64,000 bases of DNA, taken from contig CAVSHF010000003.1 of the NCBI GenBank assembly GCA_963727805.1, forward strand, positions 1,856,001 to 1,920,000. Direction: 5' to 3'. Source of the DNA: an uncultured Nitrospiraceae bacterium (GTDB lineage: Bacteria; Nitrospirota; Thermodesulfovibrionia; Thermodesulfovibrionales; Dissulfurispiraceae). This document shows positions 20,400 to 31,609 of this stretch, piece by piece (the first letter of the stretch is position 1; each line of letters opens with the position of its first letter). Made by a program: the position numbers and the translations under genes. The notes below the pieces were generated by a model, which had not been told where the DNA came from, did not search any database, and saw only the letters and a list, made by a program, of their open reading frames with translations.

Positions 20400-22001
20400 A
20401 TGTTCGAACCCGAAATCGCAAAAACCAGCAAGAGGGAAGCACTACCGTTTTCGGTCCGGGAGAAGATAACGAGCATCGAAGATTATGAAGAGATAGAACA
20501 TTTAGAGCTCCTTCAGGAGCGTCGACCTGAAAATGAGGAAGTATTATGGGAGCAGCCATCTGAGATAAGCGAAGAGCATATTGAGATAGCCGAGGAGAAG
20601 AAAGTGCCAGAAGGGGGGAGCGAGTTTGATTCGATGAAGATGTACCTCAAGGCTATTGGGCGAATCCCGCTTTTGACAAAAAAAGAGGAAATTGAGCTTG
20701 CCATGAGGATAGAAAAAGGGAGGGCGAAGATGACCGCCCTCGTCTTTTCACTCCCTTTTTCGTTGCGGAGACTCATATCGTTGGGGAGTAAAGTGGAAAA
20801 AGGCGAAGTTCCCCTCGTCGATGTAATACAAAGCAGTGGAAATGGAGAATCTATAGGACTCGATGAGATGAGAGACTTCTTCGTAGTAACCGAATCTATC
20901 AAGGCGCTTCACCGGCGGAGACGGATCACTAGAAACGGCCAAAGCAGGAAGCCGTTGTACGGATTTTCAGTGTCGAATGGCGTACAGGAACTGATGATAC
21001 CCTGCAGGGAAACTTATGGGAACACTCACCGGCGTATCATCGAAAAGGTACTGGGACTTGGACTTAAAGACGAATTCGTGCACAAATTCTATGATGAGCT
21101 TGTCAAGACTTCAGACGCGATCGAGGAGATCATACGCGAATCTTCCGGGAAGCAGAAATCGCATAGAATCCCTTTAGCCGCGCGCAAATTGATAACAGAA
21201 TACGAAGACAAAATCGGCATCTCCTACCATGAAATGAAGAAATTCATGGGATATTTCGGCGGAATTCTTCGGGAGATCGATGACGCGAAGAATGCGATGA
21301 GCGAAGGGAACCTGAGACTTGTCGTAAGTGTTGCGAAACGTTTTATCGGCAAAGGCTTGAGCTTCGCCGACCTCGTCCAGGAAGGCAACATCGGATTAAT
21401 GAAGGCGATCGACAAATTCGACTACCGGAGAGGCTTCAGATTCAGCACTTATGCGATCTGGTGGATACGTCAGGCGATCAAAAGAGCCCTCGATGATAAG
21501 TCAAGAATGATCAGGGTGCCTGTTACGATCCTTGAAATGACAAAGCACGTATCCAGAATGAAACGGGAAATGACACAGGAATTGTGCGGTGAACCCTCGC
21601 TGGTCGACATCTCATCACGGCTGAAAGTACCTATGGCCAAGCTGGTTTCGACCATGAGGCTTACACGCGAACCACTTTCTCTTGAAACCCCTATAGGAGA
21701 TGACGACGGACACCTGAGCGATTTCATCGAGGACGGCGGCGCCTACAGCCCGCTCAAGGGAATTGTGAGCAAGGATTTGAAACGGCAGATCGAAAAACTG
21801 CTCGTAACGCTCAATCCCAAGGAAGAGCGGATATTGAGGTTAAGGTTCGGAATCGGTAGCGACCACCCATGTTCACTCGAGGAAATCGCTCAGGAATATG
21901 AAGTAACTAGGGAGAGGATCCGCCAGATCGAAACAAAGGCGATCCAGAAATTAAGGGAACCCGCGGTAAGCTGCTGCCTCGAACAGTTTATAGAGAATTA
22001 G
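20400..22001 (+). CDS. RpoD/SigA-family sigma-70 factor (divergent paralog)
   Basis: Region 1.2 MYLKAIGRIPLLT, NLRLVVSVAK, DLVQEGNIGL, FSTYAIWWIRQ, SLETPIG, VTRERIRQIE; no dnaG upstream. Confidence 0.92.
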   Translation: MFEPEIAKTSKREALPFSVREKITSIEDYEEIEHLELLQERRPENEEVLWEQPSEISEEHIEIAEEKKVPEGGSEFDSMKMYLKAIGRIPLLTKKEEIELAMRIEKGRAKMTALVFSLPFSLRRLISLGSKVEKGEVPLVDVIQSSGNGESIGLDEMRDFFVVTESIKALHRRRRITRNGQSRKPLYGFSVSNGVQELMIPCRETYGNTHRRIIEKVLGLGLKDEFVHKFYDELVKTSDAIEEIIRESSGKQKSHRIPLAARKLITEYEDKIGISYHEMKKFMGYFGGILREIDDAKNAMSEGNLRLVVSVAKRFIGKGLSFADLVQEGNIGLMKAIDKFDYRRGFRFSTYAIWWIRQAIKRALDDKSRMIRVPVTILEMTKHVSRMKREMTQELCGEPSLVDISSRLKVPMAKLVSTMRLTREPLSLETPIGDDDGHLSDFIEDGGAYSPLKGIVSKDLKRQIEKLLVTLNPKEERILRLRFGIGSDHPCSLEEIAQEYEVTRERIRQIETKAIQKLREPAVSCCLEQFIEN

Positions 22002-22034
22002 CTGCAGTGATTAGCGAGTCAAAATTAGATCATT

Positions 22035-22059
22035 GAGGGGCGATATGCCCCTCTTTTTT
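22035..22059 (+). terminator. Rho-independent terminator
   Basis: GAGGGGC-GATAT-GCCCCTC followed by a T-run, between convergent genes. Confidence 0.8.
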
Positions 22060-22076
22060 GCCACAGTACGTTTATC

Positions 22077-23027
22077 TTATTCCAGCGGTGTTCCGTCCTT
22101 GAGGTCTTCGTAGAACCTTCTGAGGTCAGGGAGTTTCTTTGAGGACATTGCCTTTATTCCGCTCCTTGGGTGTTCGTTCAGAATGCCGGTAATCAAATAT
22201 GGTATATGGTAACCCCATTCCGTGTCAGCCTTAAGCGGGATAAAGATTTCCTGTATTACTTCCAAAATTGGTCTGATGTCAAACTTGGGGTTTTTTAGAA
22301 AGGAAAGTAGAAGCTCAAGGGGGCAATTGCCGGCCCCCCTGCCCATGCCATAAATGGTTGCGTCCAAACGGTTTATGCCAGCGATGATCCCCTCGATAGT
22401 GTTAGCAAAGGCCAATTGCTGATTGTTGTGTGTATGAATGCCAATTTCTTTCCCGGGAAGTGCCTCAAAATATTTCTTTGCGAGGAACTGTATCTGTTCA
22501 GAGTACATTGCACCAAAGCTGTCGACAAGATAGACGACTGGCACTTCGCTCTTGGAGAGGTCTTCCAAAGCCTCGTCAAGATCTCTTTCCAAAACTTTGG
22601 ATACTGCCATAAGATTGATAGTCGTGTCGTATCCCTTTTCCATGCAGTGATGCGCAAGACTTATTCCTTTATCAACCTCTTTTACATAGCAGGCCACCCT
22701 GATCATGTCAAGCACGCTACCACTTTTTGGCGGGACATCATGGTAATCGACACGACCTATATCAGCCATGGCAGATAGTTTCATGCTAGTTTCACAGTCC
22801 CCGATGATCTTCTTCAGATCGTCTTCGGTGCAAAACTTCCAAGCTCCGTTTTCCTCTCTCGAAAAATATTTTTCAGAGGATTTATACCCTATCTCCATAT
22901 AGTCGACGCCCGAATGAGAAAGGGCAAGAAAGACTTTTCGGACAAGATCATTATTGAATTTCCATTTATTTATCAGGCCACCATCCCTGATGGTGCAATC
23001 CAAAACCTTAATCTGAGGCCGATACAT
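22077..23027 (-). CDS. DRE-TIM (HMGL-like) aldolase, 4-hydroxy-2-oxovalerate-aldolase-like
   Basis: LDCTIRDGG, YLVDSFG, GIHTHNNQQLAFAN, GMGRGAGN. Confidence 0.85.
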   Translation of the reverse strand: MYRPQIKVLDCTIRDGGLINKWKFNNDLVRKVFLALSHSGVDYMEIGYKSSEKYFSREENGAWKFCTEDDLKKIIGDCETSMKLSAMADIGRVDYHDVPPKSGSVLDMIRVACYVKEVDKGISLAHHCMEKGYDTTINLMAVSKVLERDLDEALEDLSKSEVPVVYLVDSFGAMYSEQIQFLAKKYFEALPGKEIGIHTHNNQQLAFANTIEGIIAGINRLDATIYGMGRGAGNCPLELLLSFLKNPKFDIRPILEVIQEIFIPLKADTEWGYHIPYLITGILNEHPRSGIKAMSSKKLPDLRRFYEDLKDGTPLE

Positions 23028-23175
23028 ATGTTATTCCCTCCCGATTTGATTTTTCGCAAGCAATGGGTAACGTGAAATTATACACAATTTAAGCACATTT
23101 TGGCGAAGCCGAACAGCCTCACAATGCGCTTTTTCCACCGGAGAACGGAATGCTTCAGGTTATAGAATCTGAGTT

Positions 23176-23823
23176 TTACGACTTCAGTTCGGCTGTTTTT
23201 TGGACAAAGCTTTTTGCAAGATCGGCAATAGATTGCCACTGCCCGCTTTGCACAAATTCACGCTTAATAATGGCGGAACCAATCAGTATACAGGATGCCC
23301 CAGCTGCCAAATAATCAGAGAGATTGTCGAGATTAACGCCACCGGCCAGCATGTATTTTATAAAAGGCAGAGGGCCCCTTACTTCCCTGAGGAAGCCGAG
23401 ACCTCCCATCTGGACAAAGGGAAATATCTTTATTATGTCGCCTCCGGCCCTATACGCTCTGTATATCTCTGTCGGCGTGCATGCCCCAGGGATAGACACG
23501 AGCCCCTCCCCTTTGGTGAATTTAATCAATTCCTCATCACAATTGGGGCTGACGAGATATGACGCTCCGGCATGAATTGCTTTTTGCGCGTCTGAAAGTG
23601 TCAGCACAGTGCCTGCACCGACAGTTACCCTGCTATCGGCACTCAATTCCCTGATAACGGATTCCGCTTCAGGGACAGAAAAGGTGATCTCTATATATTT
23701 GATGCCGCCTTCAATACACGCAAGGGCTGCACTATATGCATCCCGGGGTGTAGTCGTGCGCACCGCTACCATCAATTGATGCTTCCCGATATCCTCTAGC
23801 AACGCCAGACATTTTCCCGTCAC
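23176..23823 (-). CDS. eda: KDPG/KHG aldolase
   Basis: IEIT, VGAGTV, LVSP, PGACTPTEI, KIFP, GGV. Confidence 0.88.
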   Translation of the reverse strand: MTGKCLALLEDIGKHQLMVAVRTTTPRDAYSAALACIEGGIKYIEITFSVPEAESVIRELSADSRVTVGAGTVLTLSDAQKAIHAGASYLVSPNCDEELIKFTKGEGLVSIPGACTPTEIYRAYRAGGDIIKIFPFVQMGGLGFLREVRGPLPFIKYMLAGGVNLDNLSDYLAAGASCILIGSAIIKREFVQSGQWQSIADLAKSFVQKTAELKS

Positions 23824-23890
23824 GTCGAGGCCTCTACGTTTAAAAAGCGTTCTATTTTCATATCATGCAGCCCTCTGCCGGATGTAACCT

Positions 23891-25795
23891 TTAAAATCTT
23901 TTCTCCGTCCACATGTCGGAGGTAAATCTTACGGCCTTATTTCGTCCGGTCTCCTTGGCTTTGTAAAGTGCAACATCGGCGAACTTGATCGCCTCCCAGA
24001 AACCTTGCGTATCCATGGGGAATTCGCTAATTCCGATACTGATGGTCTTCTGGATAAAGCCTCCTGTAGTATGTATCTTGTTCTGTTCTACTGTGATCCT
24101 TATTTTCTCAGCTATCTCCATGGAGTATTCGTTTTCTATGTCCATAAGCAATACCAAGAACTCTTCACCGCCGAATCGAATGACTAGATCGGAACTGCGG
24201 ACGCACCTTTTGATACAAGCAGCGGTCTCTTTCAAGACGATATCTCCGACATCGTGACCGTATCTGTCATTTACCTCTTTAAAGAAGTCCAAATCGCACA
24301 TCAAGAGTGCTAAGCGTGTTGCCCTCCTCAGAATACCCGAAACCACATTATCGGCGGTTTCCTCAAGGAATCTTCTATTATACAGGTCAGTCAAAGCATC
24401 TTTGATGGAAAAATCCTTGAAGGCCTTCATGATTGTTTTTGTACCGAGTACAGGTTGTGCCTCAGAGATATATTCCCGTGCCTTGCTCAATCTTCTCATC
24501 AGTTCGGGTGACGCGGCATCCTTTGTATCGGCAATGATTTGTACTACTCCCCCTACCTGTCCGGCAATAATAATCGGGATACAGAAGTACACATTTTCTT
24601 GCTTGCTTTTGAAGTATTTGCAGATTCCATCGTATTCCATCGAAGAGACACTATGACCTGTTCTTTTTACCCTGCATAAATCGCTGTTAAGAAGGATATC
24701 GGCACCGCAGTGCAAGGCTGCTGTATCTGCACCGGGAGGGTAGACAGGTTTAATTGTATTGTTATACGTCGATATTTCATAAATAATACACTTGTGAAAT
24801 CCTATTTCCTCAGTCATGATAGTCCCGAGGCGAATGTAAATGTCTTCGACGTTCTCATCCTCTTCAATGACCCGTTTAAAAGAGGTCACTACCTTGAACG
24901 CATTCAGGAATCGATTATACTGCTCGGCGAGTTCACCAATCTCATCTTTTGAGATCACCTCTATCTCCCTGGCAAATTCGAGGTCTCTGGCAGAGAAGGC
25001 TTTGAATCTGGAAATTATCGCCCTAATCGGTTTCACAATGTTCTGGGCTATTAAATAGCCGAAGATAATCGAAAGCATTGCCCCGGCGATGAAAGTTAGC
25101 GAAATAAGCAAAAGGGCAACTCTGAACTTATCCTTTATGATGTCTGAAACACTGCCCCATTCCTTGCTCAACCCGACAGAAAGTTTATTAAGAACTCCCA
25201 CAGTGCTTTGAGTAATGGTATCGCATTCTGATAACCGTCCCCTCAGATCACTTGTCATCGCCCCGATTCTTTCCCTTGAATTTACGAATTCGTTCAACAG
25301 ACCTTCCGCGTTTCTTATGCTTGAAATGGCCTGTTCGATTACCTTCCTTTTTGCGGGATCTTCGATAGAGACAAGAGCGAACTCATCGTATAGCTCACCA
25401 GAAGATCGGGAATAGTCCTTTATCTGGCCTCCTGTAAGCAATGTGATCAGAAATGAGCGGCAATCCTCTAACCGAGTTTTGCCCAAATGGTAATACTCAT
25501 TGATTTCCTCGGTGCTGCCGGCGATGGCTATTTTGTGCATCGAAATGTTTGCACCCCCCAATTTTCTCACGCAGCTATTCAAAACCTTCTGTTCAGGAGT
25601 GATTATATCAACCAATTTGGCAGTCTCAGCACCCAGACTGAATATCATCACAAAACCCACAGCCGATGTTGCAACCAGCCAGAAAAGTGTCCCTGCAGAG
25701 AAGAAAAAAAACTTCTTGGTGATTGATACATTGATAAACGCCAAGGTATTGAAGAAATGTCTCAAAAGTAGTTTTATGGTCATTTTGTTCAGCAT
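23891..25795 (-). CDS. Membrane sensor diguanylate cyclase (periplasmic-HAMP-GAF-like-GGDEF)
   Basis: Two TM segments, DEIGELA HAMP, DALTDLYNRR, RSSD I-site, RFGGEEF. Confidence 0.92.
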   Translation of the reverse strand: MLNKMTIKLLLRHFFNTLAFINVSITKKFFFFSAGTLFWLVATSAVGFVMIFSLGAETAKLVDIITPEQKVLNSCVRKLGGANISMHKIAIAGSTEEINEYYHLGKTRLEDCRSFLITLLTGGQIKDYSRSSGELYDEFALVSIEDPAKRKVIEQAISSIRNAEGLLNEFVNSRERIGAMTSDLRGRLSECDTITQSTVGVLNKLSVGLSKEWGSVSDIIKDKFRVALLLISLTFIAGAMLSIIFGYLIAQNIVKPIRAIISRFKAFSARDLEFAREIEVISKDEIGELAEQYNRFLNAFKVVTSFKRVIEEDENVEDIYIRLGTIMTEEIGFHKCIIYEISTYNNTIKPVYPPGADTAALHCGADILLNSDLCRVKRTGHSVSSMEYDGICKYFKSKQENVYFCIPIIIAGQVGGVVQIIADTKDAASPELMRRLSKAREYISEAQPVLGTKTIMKAFKDFSIKDALTDLYNRRFLEETADNVVSGILRRATRLALLMCDLDFFKEVNDRYGHDVGDIVLKETAACIKRCVRSSDLVIRFGGEEFLVLLMDIENEYSMEIAEKIRITVEQNKIHTTGGFIQKTISIGISEFPMDTQGFWEAIKFADVALYKAKETGRNKAVRFTSDMWTEKRF

Positions 25796-25938
25796 TGCTC
25801 CATCAAACCCGACTTATGTGTATCCATTAGTTCCGTTTCGTATCGAGCGGTCTTGATTAATATAGCCTAAAACAGACTCCATCGTAAGCATTCTGAGCAG
25901 GTAGCTTACCTCGAATTGCGTACCTCAGTGAATGATCT

Positions 25939-27237
25939 TCATGGAAATTGAGATAAAGCCCCGACGGACACATCCTCCCATTCATATTTTGTAAAGGAGA
26001 CCCACAGTCTGTTTATAATTCCACTCCCCTTGAAACATACAAGCGTGGGGTCGAGATAGATTATATCCGATTTATTATTATTCTCATTAGACTCATCAAT
26101 GAGATGCTGGGGGTTTACAACCGCCCGAAAAGGATGCGGGACTACCTTGGTCATATGGGCTGGATCTTCATTCAAGTAATATACTGGAATTACAACCGTC
26201 TGTTTCCCGCCGGGTGGGATCGCATTTAATCCCACCGTGTTACCCCAGCCAGTACCATGAAGATCCACCACCTGCACGACTGCCTTATTCTGTGCTGGAG
26301 ATGCGATTGATCCGATATTTGAGACGGTCACCTCAAAGGTAAAAATGGGACTGTTCAGTTCGCATTTCCCCCACCCTTTGAAGCTGAATTTCTCTATAAT
26401 GAGGTCCGGCTTGCCCGCTCCCCCCATAATTTTGATCAGGCAGCATGAACAATTATTTGCTTCATTACTCTCTTTTGTCTTATCGCCGGCATCGATTACA
26501 GCGCACAGGAAGTAGTCTCCCGTCGCGATATCTGACGGTATGGTGTTAGGTCCGTCGAGTTTAACCTCCTGCCTTTGCCCCCCGCCCAAAGAGACCTGGC
26601 CGCGTCCGCCCTTCAGAAGGACTCCGCTCGAATAATGAGGCGAATAGACTGCGGTGGGGGTGGGGACCGGACAGGAAAGCTCTTTTTTTAGAACAAGATT
26701 GACCTCGACGTCCTTAACCGCAAGCTCAGAACGATTGACAGCCTCCACCTTGACGAATGAGCCTAGTTCGTGTCCAGGCTTTATTGCCTTGGGACAGTGT
26801 TTAATTTTTACAGTTAGATCAGGAGTAGTCTGATCGCAGGTCACGCTAAAATCCACCTTATTCGACTCGCGTTCCTGTGGATAGACTATGTGTATTGACT
26901 GCCATCCTTCGCATCTTATCTTGCCGGAGGCACATGATATCCCTGTAGCAATAACTTCTTTTATGCCGGGCGTATTGAATTCAAGCGTTTCAACGGGCTG
27001 TATCACTCCGTCGCTCCGGACGAACTTATATTGGACCTTACCTGGTTTGTCCGTCGTTATCGTCCCTTTAAAAGTAATATCGGCGGGGCATGCACCAGAA
27101 TAGGAAGATTTATCAGCATTCAGTGTTGTGGTTATCCCTGCGAGTACCACCCCGGCAGGCAACAAAAAAAACAAGGCACTCATCACGAACATCAACGATC
27201 TTTTCCCCTTAGCAAACATCTCCCCTCCGACCGCCAT
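25939..27237 (-). CDS. Secreted Ig-like / CARDB-domain protein
   Basis: Signal peptide; PDLTV/PDLII motifs and ESNEANN/ESNENNN CARDB ends; start uncertain. Confidence 0.75.
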   Translation of the reverse strand: MAVGGEMFAKGKRSLMFVMSALFFLLPAGVVLAGITTTLNADKSSYSGACPADITFKGTITTDKPGKVQYKFVRSDGVIQPVETLEFNTPGIKEVIATGISCASGKIRCEGWQSIHIVYPQERESNKVDFSVTCDQTTPDLTVKIKHCPKAIKPGHELGSFVKVEAVNRSELAVKDVEVNLVLKKELSCPVPTPTAVYSPHYSSGVLLKGGRGQVSLGGGQRQEVKLDGPNTIPSDIATGDYFLCAVIDAGDKTKESNEANNCSCCLIKIMGGAGKPDLIIEKFSFKGWGKCELNSPIFTFEVTVSNIGSIASPAQNKAVVQVVDLHGTGWGNTVGLNAIPPGGKQTVVIPVYYLNEDPAHMTKVVPHPFRAVVNPQHLIDESNENNNKSDIIYLDPTLVCFKGSGIINRLWVSFTKYEWEDVSVGALSQFP

Positions 27238-27288
27238 CTACAGTTATCTATTTTACACTATCCGTTGCTACAGGGGGTAGAAGACAGA

Positions 27289-27310
27289 AGGGCCGGGAAA
27301 TCCCGGCCCT
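27289..27310 (-). terminator. Terminator-like hairpin downstream of glnA
   Basis: AGGGCCGGGA-AA-TCCCGGCCCT; followed on the minus strand by a short pyrimidine tail. Confidence 0.75.
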
Positions 27311-27333
27311 GTGCGTATTTGTGACAACTACTA

Positions 27334-28746
27334 TTAGATATCGTAGTAGAGAAAGAATTCGAAAGGATGCGGCCTGAGTCTCAGGGCATCAACCTCTTTC
27401 GTTCTCTTGTAACTGATCCAAGTATCGATAGCATCCTGGGTGAAGACGTTGCCTTTCAGGAGATACTCGTGGTCTTCCTCGAGATTGTCGAGCGCCTCGT
27501 CAAGGCTGCCAGGCATGGTCGGGACTGCTGCAAGCTCCTCGGGACCAAGCTCGTAGATGTCCTTATCAAGCGGCTCTCCGGGGTCCAGCTTATTCTCAAT
27601 ACCATCAAGGCCAGCCATAAGCATTGCGGCAAAAGCAAGGTAGCCGTTGCATGACGGATCAGGGAACCTTACCTCAACCCTCTTGGCCTTGGGGCTCGGC
27701 GAATATGTCGGGATTCTCATTGATGCAGAGCGGTTCCTTGCAGAATATGCGAGATTGACAGGCGCTTCAAAGCCCGGTGTAAGTCTCTTGTAGGAGTTGG
27801 TGGTCGGGTTGGTAATGGCAGCGAGGGATTTTGCATGCTTCAAGATACCGCCGATGTAGTAAAGGGCGATCTCGCTAAGACCTGCATATCCGTTGCCTGC
27901 GAATGTAGGCTTTCCGTTCTTCCAGATGCTCTGGTGACAGTGCATTCCCGAACCGTTGTCGCCGAAAAGGGGCTTAGGCATGAAGGTAACTGTCTTGTCA
28001 TGCCTTCTTGCCACATTCTTTATGATGTACTTAAACATCATAAGCTTATCGGCCATCGTGACGAGAGAGTCGTATCTCATATCGATTTCTGCCTGCCCTG
28101 CAGTGGCGACTTCGTGGTGCTCTCGTTCGACATAGATGCCGCACTTCTGCATCTCCATTACCATCTCGGTCCTGATGTTGACCAGGCTGTCTGTCGGGGG
28201 GACCGGGAAGTATCCCTCTTTGTGTCTCGGCTTGTAGCCGAGATTCGGCCCCTCATCGCGGCCCGAATTCCAGATGCCTTCTTTGGAATCAATGAAGTAG
28301 TAGCCACTGTGCGCGGTCTGATCAAACATGACATCATCAAAGATAAAAAACTCCGCTTCGGGTCCGAAGTATGCAGTATCTCCGATGCCGGTCGACTTAA
28401 GATATGCCTCTGCTTTCTGGGCTATGTATCTGGGGTCTCTCGAATAAAACTCCCTTGTGATCGGATCGACGATGTTACAGATGAGGCTGATGGTGGGATA
28501 CTCCATGAAGGGATCCATAAAAGCGGTCTTTGGATCTGGGATAATCAGCATGTCCGAAGTATGAATCGCCTGCCAACCCCTGATCGAGGAACCATCGAAG
28601 CCGAGTCCTTCCTCGAAAACCTCTTCCTTTAATTCTGCGATGGGTACAGCAAAATGTTGCCAGATTCCAGGGAAATCAAGGAACTTGAAGTTCGCCATGA
28701 CTGCCTTGTTTTCCTGGGCCAATTTAATTACATCTTTTGGTGTCAT
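27334..28746 (-). CDS. glnA: Glutamine synthetase type I
   Basis: [49 protein letters not shown] adenylylation-type loop; start MTPKD after GGAGG. Confidence 0.98.
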   Translation of the reverse strand: MTPKDVIKLAQENKAVMANFKFLDFPGIWQHFAVPIAELKEEVFEEGLGFDGSSIRGWQAIHTSDMLIIPDPKTAFMDPFMEYPTISLICNIVDPITREFYSRDPRYIAQKAEAYLKSTGIGDTAYFGPEAEFFIFDDVMFDQTAHSGYYFIDSKEGIWNSGRDEGPNLGYKPRHKEGYFPVPPTDSLVNIRTEMVMEMQKCGIYVEREHHEVATAGQAEIDMRYDSLVTMADKLMMFKYIIKNVARRHDKTVTFMPKPLFGDNGSGMHCHQSIWKNGKPTFAGNGYAGLSEIALYYIGGILKHAKSLAAITNPTTNSYKRLTPGFEAPVNLAYSARNRSASMRIPTYSPSPKAKRVEVRFPDPSCNGYLAFAAMLMAGLDGIENKLDPGEPLDKDIYELGPEELAAVPTMPGSLDEALDNLEEDHEYLLKGNVFTQDAIDTWISYKRTKEVDALRLRPHPFEFFLYYDI

Positions 28747-28861
28747 TGCCTCTCCTCCTTCTTGTGTTTGTTTATTGCTCATTGCCGGTTCATTTGGCAA
28801 TTGCAGAACGATGAATATAGCCTGTCAGTTTATAAATCATCAATCGTCATTCAGAACAATC

Positions 28862-29203
<342 letters not shown>

Positions 29204-29213
29204 TCACCTCCTG

Positions 29214-29909
29214 TTAAGTAGTATGCGTGTTAAAAAATTTTTGATAAAATGCGAAAGCCCTTTTACGATAATCATCGTAGTACCGCCGTGTCTCGGCCCT
29301 CAGATTGTTCATATCAGTTTTCTCGCCGGACATCCAATCATATATTATCTGTTCGGTAACTTCAATATGGAACTGGAAGGCATAGCCCCTCCCATACTTG
29401 AATGCCTGATTAGGATAGAGATCGGAAAAGGCGAGACGTGAGGCCCCTTGGGGAATGTCAAAGGTCTCCCCATGCCAATGGAACACCTTGGACTTCTTCC
29501 ATATTGCGCCGGAATCGGGATGGCTGGCCATCATAATCATCAGTGAGTCACGCAATCCTTGTTCACACAGGGTGATATCAAGCCACCCAACTTCAGGCCC
29601 TGGACCCTTGTAGACCTTCGCACCAAAAGCCTTGGCCATTATCTGCGCTCCCAAGCAAACACCCAGCATTTTCTTTCCGACCAAGGCGAAGTCCCTCACC
29701 AGTTCCTCTTCTTTCCTGATGTAAGATATATCGTCGTTAACGCTCATTGGACCGCCGAGCATTATAAGCGTGTCAAAGGAGGTCGCATCGGGCAGAGACG
29801 CTCCCTTGCAGAGATCGATAATAGTATAGGGAATTTCCTTCAGACGAAGGTAATCCTCAATGGTACCGGGACCCTCGGTGCTTATATTCTTGCAGATGAG
29901 AACAGACAT
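29214..29909 (-). CDS. Class I glutamine amidotransferase-like protein
   Basis: GGPMSVND, GVCLGAQ nucleophile, WHGETF, QFHIE. Confidence 0.9.
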   Translation of the reverse strand: MSVLICKNISTEGPGTIEDYLRLKEIPYTIIDLCKGASLPDATSFDTLIMLGGPMSVNDDISYIRKEEELVRDFALVGKKMLGVCLGAQIMAKAFGAKVYKGPGPEVGWLDITLCEQGLRDSLMIMMASHPDSGAIWKKSKVFHWHGETFDIPQGASRLAFSDLYPNQAFKYGRGYAFQFHIEVTEQIIYDWMSGEKTDMNNLRAETRRYYDDYRKRAFAFYQKFFNTHTT

Positions 29910-29923
29910 AGATATATCATAGC

Positions 29924-29939
29924 AGCAACTACTGTACCA
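29924..29939 (-). promoter_or_regulatory. sigma54 promoter of GAT1-glnB-glnA
   Basis: TGGTAC-AGTAG-TTGCT (GG-N10-GC). Confidence 0.75.
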
Positions 29940-29981
29940 GAAAAGGGGGTGTTGAAAAGTAAGGTTATTTTAGAAAGAACA

Positions 29982-30016
29982 GACAGCCACTGCCTGTTTT
30001 TATGGCAGCGGCTGCC
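29982..30016 (-). terminator. Terminator downstream of amt
   Basis: GGCAGCCGCTGCC/GGCAGTGGCTGTC stem followed by TGTTCTTTCT on the minus strand. Confidence 0.7.
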
Positions 30017-30057
30017 CACAAAATAATCACTCATTAGTAATCGCTGAACAGATCAAT

Positions 30058-31359
30058 CTATGAGGAATAGCCACGCTCTCCGTGCTGGGAGATGTCGAGG
30101 CCCTTATGCTCATCATCTTCGTTGATCCTTAAGCCGACAATCATGTCAATAACTTTGAGCAGTATTATCGTTATGACAAAGGAATAAACAACACTAACAC
30201 CGACAGCTATGAATTGGGTGATAAGAAGGCCAGGATTACCGAAAAAAAGGCCGTTGCTTCCGGCGGGGTTGACGAGGGTCTGGGCAAAGAGACCCGTTGC
30301 AAGGGTACCAATAATTCCTCCCACCCCGTGAACACCGAATGCGTCAAGGGAGTCATCATATCCGAACTTAACTTTCATATTCAGTGCAACATAGCAGACA
30401 GCACCTGCTGAGAGACCTATGATTAAGGCCGACATGGGGCTGATGAAGCCCGACGCGGGGGTTACGGTGGCTAGTCCGGCAATTGAGCCTGTTGCTGCAC
30501 CGAACATGGTCGGTTTCCCCCTGTGCAACCATTCGATAATGACCCAGATGAGAGTTGCGGCAACTGCAGAAGTATGGGTCGCAACAAATGCCCATGTACT
30601 TAGGACTCCCGATGAAAGAGCGCTTCCGGCATTGAAGCCGAACCAGCCGAACCAGAGCAGGCCCGCGCCAAGAACTGTCATCGGGAGGTTATGGGGATAC
30701 ATGGCATCATGTGGAAATCCTTTTCGTCTGCCAATAACAAGAGCCGCGGCAAGTGCCGAGATACCCGATGAAATATGAACCACGACACCACCGGCAAAAT
30801 CCAGAGCGCCCATATTCTTGAGCCATCCGCCGGTTCCCCACAGCCAGTGGGCGATGGGATCATAGACAATCGTCGACCAGAGGACAACGAAAAGAAGAAA
30901 GGCTGAGAACTTCATGCGTTCGGCTACAGCACCCGTTATCAGCGCCGGTGTGATAACCGCGAACATCGCCTGGTAAATCATGAAGGCGAGATGCGGGACT
31001 GTCGGTGCATAGTCGGGATTCGGATTGGCACCGACGCCACATAGCCCAGCCCAGTCGAGGTTCCCGATGAAACCGTGGAAGTCCGGTCCGAAAGCAAGAC
31101 TATAGCCGAAAACTATCCATTGCACACTTATTATGGCAATGGCGATGAAACTCTGCATGAGCGTACCAAGTACATTCTTCCCCCTGACCATGCCGCCATA
31201 AAAAAGGGCAAGGCCGGGGGTCATCAACATCACGAGTGCCGCGGACAAGAGAACAAAGGCCGTATCACCCGAGTCGATCTTTGCCGGTGTGTCAGCAAAC
31301 GCGCAGACAGGGCTTGCCGTGAGCAGTAGGAAAACCGCAAAGAGCATCTTTGCTTTCAT
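30058..31359 (-). CDS. amt: Ammonium transporter (copy 1)
   Basis: [48 protein letters not shown]; start MKAK after GGAGG. Confidence 0.97.
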   Translation of the reverse strand: MKAKMLFAVFLLLTASPVCAFADTPAKIDSGDTAFVLLSAALVMLMTPGLALFYGGMVRGKNVLGTLMQSFIAIAIISVQWIVFGYSLAFGPDFHGFIGNLDWAGLCGVGANPNPDYAPTVPHLAFMIYQAMFAVITPALITGAVAERMKFSAFLLFVVLWSTIVYDPIAHWLWGTGGWLKNMGALDFAGGVVVHISSGISALAAALVIGRRKGFPHDAMYPHNLPMTVLGAGLLWFGWFGFNAGSALSSGVLSTWAFVATHTSAVAATLIWVIIEWLHRGKPTMFGAATGSIAGLATVTPASGFISPMSALIIGLSAGAVCYVALNMKVKFGYDDSLDAFGVHGVGGIIGTLATGLFAQTLVNPAGSNGLFFGNPGLLITQFIAVGVSVVYSFVITIILLKVIDMIVGLRINEDDEHKGLDISQHGERGYSS

Positions 31360-31416
31360 GAAAACCTCCATGGTACCGTTATCTAAGTTAATTCCGTATA
31401 GTAAGCAGTATTGCAA

Positions 31417-31432
31417 AGCCAGAATTGTACCA
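31417..31432 (-). promoter_or_regulatory. sigma54 promoter of amt copy 1
   Basis: TGGTAC-AATTC-TGGCT (GG-N10-GC). Confidence 0.7.
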
Positions 31433-31486
31433 GAATCGATATTGTTGTTTTTAAAGAAGATTTAAGAGAATAGCTCGCTGTCAAAG

Positions 31487-31595
31487 CTACATTTTTGTAG
31501 GATATTTTAGGCAATAACTTGTTTTTTTATAGAGCACGCAATAGTTTACCACAATAAGCTGCAATTTTGTATGAACTACATTTTTGTAGGATATT
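31487..31595. promoter_or_regulatory. Putative enhancer boxes (ACA-N4-TGT) upstream of amt
   Basis: Exact 20-bp direct repeat CTACATTTTTGTAGGATATT at 31487 and 31576, plus GCAATTTTGT at 31561. Confidence 0.7.
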
Positions 31596-31609
31596 AAAGC
31601 AGAGCAGTA

